From contig MU053933.1 in assembly GCA_013239625.1 (NCBI GenBank), positions 1,697,026-1,761,025 on the forward strand: DNA of 64,000 bases. Direction: 5' to 3'. Each line of letters starts with the position of its first letter. The first letter of the stretch is position 1. This document shows positions 1-12,128 of the stretch, piece after piece. The position numbers and the translations under genes were made by a program. The stretch comes from Lama guanicoe. Lineage: Eukaryota. Under the pieces are notes generated by a model, which ran no database searches, had not been told where the DNA came from, and worked only from the letters and a program-made list of their open reading frames with translations.

Positions 1-137
1 TTATTGTGGTATAATTTCTGTTGAATAAACTCCATGCATTTCAGATGCACAACAACCTGATGGATTTTGACAGATGTCCACACCCGTGAAACCACCACCA
101 CCTCGGGATCGCGAACGTTTCCATCACTCCCCCAGCG
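1..137 (-). mobile_element. Old L1M (L1MB/MC/ME-like) 3' UTR fragment
   Basis: ttattgtggtataatt...atggattttgacagatg...gtgaaaccaccacc...catcactcccc resembles the antisense L1M 3' end. Confidence 0.6.
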
Positions 138-1052
138 CTGCAGATTTCAACTCCCAATTTATCCCTTCCTGCTCTCTCCTCCCTGGTCACCGTAAGTCTG
201 TTTTCTACATCTGTGAGTCTGTTTCTGTTTTGTAAATAAGTTCATTTGAGTTTATCCCTTCCTGCTCTCTCCTCCCTGGTCACCGTGAGTCTGTTTCTGT
301 TTTGTAAATAAGTTCACTTGTGTCTCTTTTTTTAGATTGCACATAAAAGCGACATCACACGGTATTTGTCTTTCTCTGTCTGGCTTACTCCGCAGAGAAT
401 GACGGTCTCCAGGTCCATCCGTGTCACTGCAAGTGGCACTATTTCATTATTTGTTATGGCTGAGTAGTGTTCTAGCGTTCATGTCTGTATCGCATCTTCT
501 TTATCCAGTACTGACGTGCGGTTGATTTACAGTGCTGAGTTAGTTTCTGGTGTCCAGCACACTGATTCAGTCGTGCACACACATACATACGTTCGTTTTC
601 ATATTCTTTTCCATTACAGGCCATTATAAGGGATTGAATACGGTTCCCTGTGCTGCACTGTAGGTCCTTGCTGTCTGTCTATAGCACATAAAAGCGACAT
701 CATACGGTATTTTTCTTTCTCTGTCTGACTTACTTCACATAGAATGACGATCTCCAGGTCCATCCGTGTTGCTGCAAATGGCACTATTTCATTATTTTTT
801 ATGGCTGAGTAGTGTTCTAGCGTACATGTCTGTATCACATCTTCTTTATCCAGTACTGACGTGTGGTTGATTTACAGTGCTGAGTTAGTTTCTGGTGTAC
901 AGCACACTGATTCAGTCGTGCACACACATACATACATTCGTTTTCATATTCTTTTCCATTACAGGCCATTATAAGGTATTGAATACGGTTCCCTGTGCTG
1001 CACTGTAGGTCCTTGCTGTCTGTCTATTTTGTACATGGTGGTTTGCATCCAC
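138..1052 (-). mobile_element. Cetartiodactyl-type L1 3' UTR/ORF2-end fragment, rearranged and duplicated
   Basis: ORF 614..838(-) reads LEHYSAIKNNEIVPFAATRMDLEIVILCEVSQTEKEKYRM, the typical end of L1 ORF2/3' UTR. It is similar to the L1 at 28356-29143. Confidence 0.9.
339..1027. repeat. Tandem duplication, 2 x ~345 bp (339-683, 684-1027)
   Basis: Both units start gcacataaaagcgacatca and end gctgtctgtctat, with scattered substitutions only. Confidence 0.95.
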
Positions 1053-3089
1053 TGTTTTTTTCAGTAGACATTTTCATTTTGTTTTGATCGCCTATTTGTC
1101 TAGTGTTGTCTGAGCATGGCCCCAGTGCAGGGGATGCCAGGATCGGATGCCCCATCCCCAGGCACCGCAGGTGGGGGGCTCAGGGTTCCCACACCCCTGG
1201 ACGCATGGAGAATGGGGAGGCTACCAGGACCACCCGGCAGGGCAGGGGGCGGGAGGGAGTTTTCTCGAGGAGGGAGCGACGCCTGCAGGCTGGCAGGAGG
1301 GAGCGAACAAACGAACTGATTGAAGTGTGTGTCAGAGGGAGAGGGTGTTCTGCATCTGGGAGCTGCTGGGGGGAGAGGGTGAGGTGTGGGGTGTGTCCTG
1401 GCACAGCCGCAGGATGGGGACACAGCGGGCAAGCGTGGCCGCTTTAAGTAGCACCCAGGCCAGAGAGCCCGGCCAGCTGAGAGCAGAGTGACACAGGACT
1501 GTCCCAGTTTCCCAGCACAGGCTCGGGTGACAGCAGGGGCCCCGGGGCAGGGGGGACACCGTTCCCTCCCGGTGCTGAGTCGCTGTGGCCCCACGCTTCT
1601 GCCGTGAGATAACTCCTAGCCCTCACTGTGAGTGCGGCAGGACCACAGCGCAGTGGGAAACGCAGAAGGCAGCTTCCACCGCGGGAACACAGGCTTCTAG
1701 AGCCCACACGGACACGCCCGGTGGAGCCAGGGGAGCCGGAGTCCGTCCTCCCCGAGGCCCCAGGCCCGCTGGCCCCGGCCTGGGGTCCGCAGGAGGCGGT
1801 TCCCGCGCTGCCACCCCGTCCACGAAAGCTGCTGCCCTTGGGCTTAACTGAGAATGTCTCTGGAAGCAATTTCCCCCCCACTTTTAGGCTCTGGCAGGAG
1901 TGCCTCCCAGTGCCCTCTGTCCCTGGCTGATCTGTGTTTAGGTTGTTTGGGCGGAATCAGCTCTTTTGTTCCGAGCACGGGGTCTGGAAAGTGGGCACCG
2001 GGAGGCGACCTGCCCTCCAACTCCGAGGAGTCCCAGCAGGCAGGGCCCAACGGGGGCGCCAGGGCCTCGCCCTCGGCCCGGGGCGGCAGGCTCTGCTGGC
2101 CCTGCCTGGGCCTCGGCCACAGAGGATCTGTTGTTTGCCTTCCAGAATCCTCCAGAGTTCCTAATTCTGCTCCCTTTCATGCAAACGAGGAAAGTGGCCC
2201 AGAGGGAGGCGCCGACCGGTCTAAGGCCCCTGAGGTGCCCTGCAAGCTGGGTCTGCCGCCCACGGTGGGGAAGAAGGGGCGTATCCTCGGCTCTGAGGCC
2301 TCCTGTGTGTCTGTCCCTGGAGGACCTCACCCCACTTCATCTTGAACAATATGCCAGATCTGCAGAGAGGGCCTCAGACCCCCGTGGAGACCCGCACGGA
2401 GAATGCATCCTAGTCAGAGCCCCGCAGACACTTAGCAATGGCCCACCCTCCCCGTCCTCGTGTCCCTAGGGCTCCTCTCAGGGCCCCCCCTTGCATGTTC
2501 CGTGTGAGCACCACACCCACGCCCCCCACCCCTGGCCGTCCCTGGGCCCACAGGACGGAGAGAAGGCTCAGCCCCCTCCCTGGTCCGTCTTGAGCTGGGC
2601 CCTGAGTGTTTCTCCTCTCCATCCGGGGGACACTCTGTCCAGGGACACCAGCGCCCAAAATCCTCTTTAGAAACCGCTTTCCAAAGGAACCCAAAATATC
2701 TGTTCCTAGAAGCACTGGCCTTCAGAGCTGCAGATGACTCACGTCCCAGCCAGCGTCTCCTTCCCGGTGCCCACACCTCCGGGCCTATTTCTGGCCAGCT
2801 TACTTGCATTCGGTGTTCAGAAACCTGGTCAGCCAGGCCCCCTTCATAACAGGACAGACCCATCGGTCAGTATGTCCCAAGTTGAAGGTGGGCCCTTTGC
2901 AACCACATCCCTGAAGGCCGATGTGCTTCCAAGTGATAAAAGACAAATTCCTTTTTGTCCAGCATCCTTTGTCTTAACATTTTATGTGTGTTTAGTTGTG
3001 TTTTGGAGATTTTTTTTTTGAAATAGACGACTGGAGTACGGAGGAGGTAGTCAGAGCAGCCTGTCGGTGTGCAGGGCCTTCGGGGCCGG

Positions 3090-3250
3090 GCGCGTTCCGG
3101 GCTCTGCGTCTCCCCAGGCCCGCAGGTGTTGTCCTCATTCCTATCTCAGAGACGAGGAAACTGAGGGTCCGAGTGGTCACCCGGCTCTAGGGTCACCGCC
3201 CCTCCAGTCATCTACCCCAGCGTTCTCACCAGTGCCGTGAAGCGTCACTC
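3090..3250 (-). mobile_element. MIR SINE remnant
   Basis: cagagacgaggaaactgaggg...ggtcac MIR core in antisense. Confidence 0.55.
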
Positions 3251-3292
3251 AGGTAATCGTGCTCGATGTTGTTGTTGTTGTTGTCGTCCAAT

Positions 3293-3484
3293 TTTCTTTC
3301 TTATTTAAATTTTGTGGGTTTTTTCGAAGTGCAGTGGATTCACCATGTTCTGTTAGTTGCAGGTGTACAGCAGGGTGATTCAGTCATACATATGCATATA
3401 TTTCTTTTTCATATTCTTTTCCGTTATATGTTATTATAAGAAATGGAATATAGTTCCCTGTGCTCTACAGTAGAAATTTGTTGT
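3293..3484 (-). mobile_element. L1 extreme 3' end fragment
   Basis: T-rich tail, then gttagttgcaggtgtacagca..tgattcagtcataca...atatagttccctgtgctctacagtag. Confidence 0.85.
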
Positions 3485-3489
3485 ATGGG

Positions 3490-3642
3490 ATTTTTAAAAA
3501 TTAATTGGCTTATTTTTTGGTAGGGGGAAGTGATTAGGTTTATTTCATATTTACTTACTCTTGGAGGAAGCAGTGGGGATTGAGCCCAGCACCTCGCGCA
3601 TGTTAAGCGTGCGCCCTACCACTTGAGCTACACCCTCCCTCT
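3490..3642 (-). mobile_element. tRNA-Ala-derived SINE (camelid Vic-1-like)
   Basis: Reverse complement gives GGGAGGGTGTAGCTCAAGTGGTAG...GCTTAACATGC...GGGCTCAATCCCC, followed by an AT-rich tail with aacctaatcac. Confidence 0.85.
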
Positions 3643-5770
3643 GGGGATTGTTTTGAAGACACTGTTTGAGGGTGACTCACTGCGGGCCCACAGCAAGCAC
3701 TCAGTGCGTGCAGGTCCCTCCCCTCACCCTTCTCAGCGTTTATAAATGCCTCCCAGGCCTCTGCCGATGCTGCCCCTGCTGGGATTTCAGCTCTGCTGTT
3801 CTCTCTGGGGCCCCAGGAATGTGTCTCTGGGCGCTGATCCTCACTGGACGTGGGGCTTAGAGTGGCGCCGATGGCCGATGGCTGTGAGCATGACCAGCCC
3901 CTCAGGGCCCCACCGTCATGGGCCTGCACGGCAGGTGGGACGAAGGCAGGCCAGGCAGATGGGCCTAAATATTTCAGAGTCATAAAGGAGTCAACAAATC
4001 AGTAGGAACATTTGTTCTGTCCTCCATCCTGACACACAAAGACGCTGGTGGCCGGGGGTGGGGGTGGAGGTGGCTGGGCCAGCTCGAACCTTGGAAACTG
4101 GCCGCTCTGAGGGGGTTCTGGAAGGTGGTGGTGTGGGGAGCACCGGCCCTGCTCTTCTCCTTGCCCCTGCCCTGCCGAGCCCTGGCCCTCCTGCTCCACG
4201 CCACCCCTCAGCAAGCTGCCCCCGGGCGTGGGGCAGCCCGTCCTCAGATGTTGCCCCTGGTGACCGGAATGGAGTCAGGAAGGCTGGGGAGGACTCTGGT
4301 CATCTCCTCTGTCTGTGAGGGCCTCGCCCTCCGGGGAGGCCCCCAAGGCCGGCTCTGCCCACTGTTGGGACTCAGGGAGGAAAGCAGAGCGCTGCCACCC
4401 TGCGGGCCGCACGGCAGGGTCTCGCTCCCCTGCGCCGCTCTCCTGGTCCTGTCTGATGCTGCTCTCAGAGGCCCCGGACTGGCCACCCAGCCTCGCTCAC
4501 CTGCGATGTCTCTGACCCGGCTGAGGAGGTCACAGCCTTTCCCCAGGACCAGGGGCCTTCCTGGATCCTGGAGGAAGCCGCTGGGTGACACCTGTCCAGT
4601 GCTGGGAAGCGCAGCCTTGGATGACCAGCCCCGTTTGATCTTTCTGCCACGTGAGGGGGTCTCCCCCGCCTCTGAGTCTGAGCTCATCTTCTGTCTGCAC
4701 CTGAAATGCAGGCTTGCCTCCCCAGGACACCTGGCGGCCCCTCTCCTTCCAGACCCCTTCCTGCCCCATGGCCGCCCGAAGAGGGTCTGCCTACATGGAG
4801 GAAATGCGCTCTTTGTCCTGCCTCCCGGGGCCTCCCAAGACTTCCGAGGACCCCGGACGTGGACTGAGGAGCCCCACACGCCCACCCACTGATGGGCAAG
4901 CTTGGAAGGTGCTCTGTCCCCAGAGAGAGTGGTCCCTCCTAGCGCGTCCTGTCACGGCAGTGAAGGGCCACACCAGGGGCAGTTTCTAGCGGTGGCCGTC
5001 TCCAGGCAGCACTGCCTTTTTATTGCCTTAAATAGAGACACTGGTGGTCGGCACAGGCCCGGGAAGCCATCGCCCCGCAGGAGCCACCGCAGGTGCAGAG
5101 TAAAATCATCCTCAGACAAACCACGGGTAACAGTTTAGTGTAAGTGTGTCCCGGGCAGGATCTGAGACACACTTGTACTGACAGACGATTGTGGTTTCTC
5201 TGCGATCCCCCCTGAACGAGTCCTGTGTTCTCATTTAAGCTGGGTGGCGCTGCCGGGCGAGCTCTTGGGGAGGCAGGTGTCCAGCTCCGACCAGAACGTC
5301 CAGCAGGGCTGGGCCTGGGTGTGTGCAGAGCCTCGCAGGGGCCACAGGCACCTCCGGGCTGACGACCACGGACCCGCCGACTCCAAGCCCACGCCACCCT
5401 GTGACGGAGGAGAAGACCCGAGCCCCAGACGCAGGTGAGCGGCTGAAGGACACGCAGGTCCCGGACCAAGGCCCGTTCACCTGGCACCGCGTCGCCTGCT
5501 GGGACTGTCCCCACCGCTCTGGGAGCGTGACCCCCCTGCCCCCAAGAAGCAACACTGCGTCCACCGTGGAAAATAATGAGACGCTGAGAGGAGGGTACAG
5601 CCCCCGTTTCCCCTTGCAGTGCTAACAGGTGTCCCGGTACACGAGTTTCACTCATTAACCAGTCATTCTAGAATAACGATCTTACCATAGAAGCTGTTTA
5701 AATTGCTGGAACATCAAGACATTTTTGTGAGGGTCTTTGGTGAATAGATTAGAGCAGGAAGTACCTGCCG

Positions 5771-6218
5771 TGGTTTCCTGTGGCTGTGGAACAAATGACC
5801 ACAAACTGAGCGGCTTAAAACAACGCAGGTTTATTATCTCACTGTTCTGGAGACAGAAGTCCTAGAGTCAAGGTCAGGGCAAGGCTGTCTTCCTCCTAGG
5901 GGCTCCGGGGGAAAAAACCTTCTCGTCTTTCCCTGGGCTCACGGCCCCTCTGGCACCTCCATGGCCAGCTTCCCTCTGACCTGTTTCCACCATCTTGTCT
6001 CCTTCTCTTACTCTGACCCTCTGCCTCCCTCACAGATGGTGTGATGACATTGTGTCCCCTGTGATGATACTGAGTCCCCCATCCCCAGCCCGCATCCCCG
6101 CATCTCCCATCTTTAACTTAATCCCATCTGCAAAGTCCCTTTTACTCTGTAAGGTAACATTCTCAGGTTCTGGGGATGAGGGTGTGAACCTCTTTGGGGG
6201 TCATCATTCTGTTTACCA
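5771..6218 (-). mobile_element. MaLR LTR (MLT1C/D-like)
   Basis: ggtttcctgtggctg..aacaaatgaccacaaactgagcggcttaaaacaac...aacttaatcccatctgcaaagtcc...aaggtaacattc. Confidence 0.85.
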
Positions 6219-6759
6219 TGGAAACCAACCAAGAGCAAAGTGGTACCCTCTTGTCTCATTCATCCAGGAGGACGGTGATACCAAGAGACTCTCTCTGGTG
6301 GAATTCTTTGGGGACCAAAGAGCTAGTTTTTAATCTGTTTTTCGTAAACCACATTTCTGAGCTACACACGTTTTCTTATCTTAGTACATTTCTTCTGCCA
6401 AATGAAAAAACACTTGAAAAATGAAAAAGTAATTTGTTCTCAAATCCTGGCCCTCAGTGAAGCATCCTTGAATTGCTCCAAATGTAGGACAGACCCGACT
6501 CATGGCCCAGAAACTGTTATCTTTGTGGGTGCTGCTGGCTCCTTCAGGAGGTGTTCTGACCGGGGGTCCCTGATAGAAATAATTTCTACTTGCTACACGA
6601 GAGAAACACAGAAGGAACCTATGAAAATCAGTGGTGTGTCTGTTTTCTTCCTGAATCACCTGAAATGGAAAAAAAAAATCACTCAGTTTTATTTTTCCAT
6701 TACATAAACTAAGAGTAGATGCTAATTCCTCTTGGAAAATATGGGCCACTCAGCATATG

Positions 6760-7710
6760 ATACAACAGGCACTTTTATATCCTACTGGGAGGACTCTAAA
6801 TTGGTTTCATTTTTTTCAGAAGAGCATTTTGGCAGTGCAAATTCAGAGCCTCAAAAAAATTCCTATTCTAGGAAACGATCCTAAGGAAATTACTCTAAAT
6901 ACCAAAAAAGCATCATACATAACTCTGGTCTTTGTGGCACTTCTAAGAAAGTGAAAAGCTCACCAAAAAGAGGGAAGGATTGAGAAAACCATTGTAAATA
7001 TATTGGATGGAATATTATGCGGCAACTGAAACTGACATGTCCAGAGAATTAAGATACCTGGGGAAATGTGTCTTAGTGTGGGTTCCCACCCAAGCTGGCC
7101 CAAGGCACAGGTGGTCCTCTTGGGTGGGAGATAGGAGAGGACTGGGAGGAGAGAAGAGGGCTCACAGGAGCGGGGAGCTTGGTCCTGCTGGGGACCCTAG
7201 AGAGACGGAGAGATGCCTCAGAATGCTTCCATGGAAGAGACAGGCTGCTGGGGCATCCATCCAGCACTCATCTCTGTGTTGGAGGATTACTCTGGTGGTG
7301 CCAACTCCCCAGTGCTCTGATTGCTCCATGTGCCACCCAAGCAGCCTCTGGGGCTAGAGACACCCTCGGGCAGAGATGCAAGAAACAAGTGTTGGAATCA
7401 TTTTTGGAGAAGACCCAGGGCTTGTAGGCCAGGCACCAACAGGGTTTGCTACAGCGAGCTAAAGTCATAAATGCAAGGTACACAATTTTACATACACAAC
7501 TAACAAGCTGTGTACAACAAACAAAAACTACATGTAGAAAAGACTGGGAGCAAATGCACATGTAGAAAAGACTGGGAGCAAATGCACGGGCTGTTAACAG
7601 TGGGGGTCTCTAAGCAGTGCCACAGAGTGGGGGGTTCTTTTCTGTCGTTATATCTACTTTTTGTATTTTCCAAGTTTTACAATGAAATGTTATGATTTTA
7701 ATAATGAATA
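6760..7710 (+). mobile_element. Degraded L1ME-like 3' region, interrupted by an ERVL LTR-like segment (~7067-7400, LTR33/LTR16-like)
   Basis: cctattctaggaaacgatcctaaggaaat, atggaatattatgc, and terminal ttttgtattttccaagttttacaatga; internal tgtgtcttagtgtgggttccc... segment. Confidence 0.5.
7530..7587. repeat. Perfect 28-bp tandem duplication
   Basis: acatgtagaaaagactgggagcaaatgc at 7530-7557 and 7558-7585. Confidence 0.95.
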
Positions 7711-8712
7711 AGCCTGCCCACACACTAAATGACATGCTGAAAGAAATTAAAGAAGACTAAATAATTGGAGAGGTATACCATGTTCAGTGATTTGGAAGAC
7801 CCAATATTGATAAGAGGTCAGTTCTTCTCAAATCGATATATCGATTTAATGCAAAAAACCCCAGTCTCAGCAAGCTCTGGTTGGAGCAGTTGATGAGCTG
7901 GTTTAAAATGTATACGGAAATACAAAAGACCTAGAAAATCCAAAGTGCTCTTGAAAAAGAACAGTTGCAAGACTCATGTTACTGGATTTCAAGTTTCACC
8001 ATAAAACTCCAGTAATCAGACAGCATAGTATTGGCAAATAACAGATAATACATCACTGGTGCGAAATAAAGAACCCAGAAACAAATCCCCGTTTATACTA
8101 CCATCTGATTTTCAACAAAAGCACTCAAGCAACTGAGTGCAGGTAAGAAAGTTCTTAACAAGCAGTTCTGAAACTGCTGGATATCCACATGGCAAATAAT
8201 GAAGCTTGGTCCTTACCTCACACCTTACTCAAAGTTAAATTGTGATGGATCCTAGACAAAATGTAAGAGCTAAAACCATGAACCTTCCAGGAGTAAATAT
8301 AGGAGCATAACTTTTTGACTTGGTGGTAGGCAAAATTTCTTAGAAAGTACGCAGAAAGCAATAATCATAACAAAATTCAACTTCATCAAAATTAAGAAGT
8401 TCTGCTCATCAAAAAGCTTCATTATGAAATAAATAGGCAAGCCACAGACTGGGAGAAAATATTTGTAAAATGCATGTCTGTCAAGGACTGAGGTCCAGCA
8501 TATGTAAAGAACTCCTACAACTCAACAATAAAAGGACAAATAGCTAAAGAAGTGGCAAATGATTTGAATAGATACTTCAAAATAGAAGACATAAATGGCC
8601 AAAATGTACATGAAAAAGTGTGCAGCATCATTAGATATCAAGGAAATAAAGGTAAAATCTACAGTGATCTACCACTACAGCACTCATCAGAATGGCTAAA
8701 ATTAAAGACATG

Positions 8713-8864
8713 AGGGGAGGGGAGGGCATAGCTCAGTGGTACAGCGTGTGCTTAGCACGCATGAGGTCTTGGGTTCAATCCCCAGTGCCTCCACTAAAAA
8801 TAAATAAAGAAATAAAAACCTAATTACCTCCCCTCCCCCCCAAAATTTAAAAACTAAACACTAA
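8713..8864 (+). mobile_element. tRNA-Ala-derived SINE (Vic-1-like) with 9-bp TSD
   Basis: A box tagctcagtggt, B box ggttcaatcc; TSD aaagacatg at 8704-8712 and 8865-8873. Confidence 0.92.
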
Positions 8865-9064
8865 AAAGACATGTTTAGCAACGGTGCGGAGCTGCCGCGG
8901 ACGGGTGTGTGAAATGCCACCGCTCTGGTAAAGAGCTGCGAGTTTCTCACGAAACTAAAGACACCAGCTGCCCCATAACCCAGCCGTTGCTCGTTTAGGT
9001 TTCTAACTAAGAAAAACATGGAACGATATGTCACAGAAAGACTCTTGCAAGCGTCTTCACAGCC

Positions 9065-9376
9065 CCTCGTCTTGGCTTGGGCTGCTCAGACAGAGCCTGC
9101 CAAGAGCACACGTTCGTTTCTCCAGGTCTGCAGGCGGGAGTCTGAGGCCAGGCCAGGTCCTGGGGAGGCCCCCCTCTGGCGCAGACTGCCGCCTTCCTGT
9201 CGGAGCCGGAGCCTCCCGTGTAAGGAGAGGCCTCTCCCTACAAGGGCACCGTCCCGTTTGTGACGGCTCCGCCCTCACGACCCGATCACCCCAAAGCCCC
9301 ACCTTCTGCTACCAACGTGCTGGAGATTAGATTTCAACACACGGACTTTGAGCGGGACACAGTCAGTCCACAGCAC
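9065..9376 (-). mobile_element. MaLR LTR (MLT1A-like) nested in L1
   Basis: ctacaagggcaccgtcccg...ctccgccctcacgacc...ccaaagccccacc...gattagatttcaaca; the L1 flanks rejoin as ttcacagc/cagctctattc. Confidence 0.75.
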
Positions 9377-10471
9377 AGCTCTATTCAAAACAGCCCCAAA
9401 TTAGAAAAAAAAAAAAGCCCAGATACCCATCAACAGGGAAACAGATCAACTGTGCTACCTCCATAGTATGGAATTGGAGCCAGCAGTAAAAAGGAGAAAA
9501 TTCCTTACGCATGCAGCAACGCTGATGAGTCTGAAACCCTTCGTGCTGAAGGAAGCCTTACCCAGAGAGCACCCACTGTGTCCTTCCATTTGCATGAAGT
9601 TCTAAAAAGGCAAACGGGCAAAATTAATCCGTGGGAGAGCAGGATCAGAACAATGGTGGGGGGTGGGGGCGTGAAAGACGCTTCTGGAACAGTGGCCACA
9701 GCCTGTACTCGCCAGGGCCTGGGTTGCACGGGGGTGCAGATTTGCCAGACGCCAGCGAATCCCGTGCGTTTCACCGTGTGTAAGTTTCACTTCAGGAGAA
9801 CCGTAAGTAATCATCGAGCTTAAACTCTAGTTAACAAAATGCATGTTGAAGTATTTTGTGGGGAGAAATGTACTGATACTTGGAATTTACTTTGAAATGC
9901 ATAAAAATAAGACAGATTGATGGAGGGGCGGTGGGGTAGCTGGAGGACTGGCTCTGTGATTGTGGAATCAAGACCTTGAGTCCCCTCTCTGGTTCTTTCA
10001 ACTTTTCTGTTGGAGTTTGAACTTTTTATACAAAAATAATAAAGTAAAAAAAATGAGACAGACACAGAATACATTACAAGAACCATTTTTAGAAATTCTA
10101 TTCCTTGACTGGGAATTAATCCCATGGGAGTGATTTAACTGAGGTAAAACTCTTTGGTGCAAGAAAATTCTTTGCAGTGTATCGACAATGGAAAAATCTA
10201 AAGTAACCCGATATCATTAAAAAATAGTTTTTAAATTTAAATTTATTTTAAAAAATAAAATTTTTATTTATTTGTTTTAATTTTGTTGAGGGGAGAATGG
10301 GGGTGTTTGGCAGGTAGCACCAAAGACTCAGAAAAGAAGAAACATTTGGAAAAGGTCCTAAGGATTACAGCCAATGCCAGGGTCCAAGGGACACAGAGAG
10401 GAGGCCACCCAGCAGAAGCACAGCGAGCCACAGCTCGACCTCCTGCTGCTGAGATATGCAGCTGTGGAGGC

Positions 10472-11009
10472 TGCGTCACCAGCCTTTTTATTTCCCGTGT
10501 TCTGATGCCTGGACACGTTGGGGCCTTGCTGACCTCGGAGGGGCTGTCCCTCCTCGGTTAGCTGATCCCTAGAGATGGTAAACAACTCACCTTCGAGTGA
10601 TCCTTTCATATGTAGACCAACCAATCCAGAACTCACACCCCAAACCCCTCCTCCACGGGGCTCTCGCACTCTGGGCCACCGTCCACCTGCCCTAATCACA
10701 CAGGACGGCACGTACCTGGGGACAGCACCTGCGCCCAGAGCCTGCTGGGCTGATTCAGACCAGCCAACCCCAAGTCTACTGACCCAGTCTCGCCTGTTCC
10801 TTTTTGTGGAAACCACCATAAAACTCCTGCCTCCGTTTTCCTCTCATGGTCCCTGCCTCCTGACCAACCCTGGTGCTTCCCTGCATGGCCCTGCATGGAA
10901 TGCATGTCTCCTGATTCTAGGAATCGGTGAGTAAAACTTCTTCCCTTGTGACATTGTTTCCATTTCTCATTAAATACACCTGGTTAAACAAATCCTGGGC
11001 ACCCTTACA
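10472..11009 (+). mobile_element. ERVL solo LTR (MER74-like)
   Basis: ggggccttgctgacc..ctagagatggtaaacaactc..tttcatatgtagaccaaccaatccaga matches the recalled MER74 consensus; TG...CA termini. Confidence 0.75.
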
Positions 11010-12128
11010 GCAGAGACAGTGAGTCACCAAATGCCCGACATTTGCTGTGCTGAGCACCGAAGCTGGAAGGACACGGTCCCTCCGCCGTGGGGCTCACACA
11101 CCCCTGGGGGCACAGCTGACAAGTGGGAGGATGGTGAACACGGCGGTTTCAGGACCGAGGTGGCCGGAGAGCTCCCTGAAACCAGGGGTGCTTCCCCTGC
11201 AGAACTCTGTCCTCACTGAAGGGTGCAGAAGACCCATCTCAGGTCTTTCAAGGGGACCCAGGGGAGGTCTGACAGACCTGCTCCTTGCCTGTCACTTCCC
11301 ACGGGTGGCAGAGCTGTGCGCACCAGCATTAGAGGAGAATCTGATCTGGTTAAAAATAAAATGCCACCTCCTTGTCTTGTTTAGGCTTTAGAAAGTGCAC
11401 CTCTGAGCTCCGGGCTTTGCTCCAGAGTGTGAGTTCCCAGCATTTGAAATGGGCTTTAATTTCCTCCCAGGTACCTTTTAATCTACCTTCCGGCTGGCTT
11501 TTACCAACATAACTGTGAGGTGGACAGAAGATTAGTCACTGGGGCTATAATTAATAACTGTCATTTCCAATTTTATAGGTATGTAATTATCATCCTTTCA
11601 CTGTTGACTCAAAACCATCCATGCACATCACTGTAATTGTGGATGGGAGCTAATTTCATCGTGTGTCAGGAGCTGCCTCGCAGGAACTGGGTAACCGGCA
11701 TGAAAGCATATTTTTAAATTAAAAAATAAAATTTCAATTAAATAAAATTGGAGAAATTTAGAAAACTAAAAAAAAAGAAAGTAGATCAATCTGACCACGT
11801 AAAGATAATAATTGTGAATATTTTGGCTGGTACTCCTCCAATCTTTACCCCCAATATATAGAATTTTTTGTATTGTTGTAAGCAGTAATACTTGATAGGC
11901 ACTTAGTTGCTGTCAGTTTAAACTTTGTGACAAACATCTTTGTGTACAAAGGTTTTTTTGGGGATGCGGATAATTACTTTTGGGTAGGGTCCCAGATGGA
12001 TTTGGGTCAAATAGAGTACTTTATTGCTCTTGGCACATAGCAAACTGCTTTCCCAAAAGAATGTTAGAGTTTAGTGCCACATATGGGAGTGTTTGAAAAT
12101 ATTTTGAACCAAGAGAAAGGGGTGGAGT

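Larger units (their letters stand above)
7725..10050 (+). mobile_element. L1MC4-like LINE (ORF2 C-terminal remnant + 3' UTR), with nested SINE and MLT1A LTR
   Basis: gaaagaaattaaagaagactaaata...ataccatgttca; caagccacagactgggagaaaatatttg; 3' UTR aaatgtactgatacttggaatttactttgaaatgcat. Confidence 0.85.

Noticed and set aside
4125..4892. Overlapping 255-aa and 213-aa ORFs
   Set aside because: Antiparallel ORFs with GC-biased residues and no homology I can recognise
8714..8792. tRNA-Ala-like sequences (also 25904, 3570, 39840, 40920)
   Set aside because: SINE heads with shared non-tRNA tails, TSDs and degenerate stems; not functional tRNA genes
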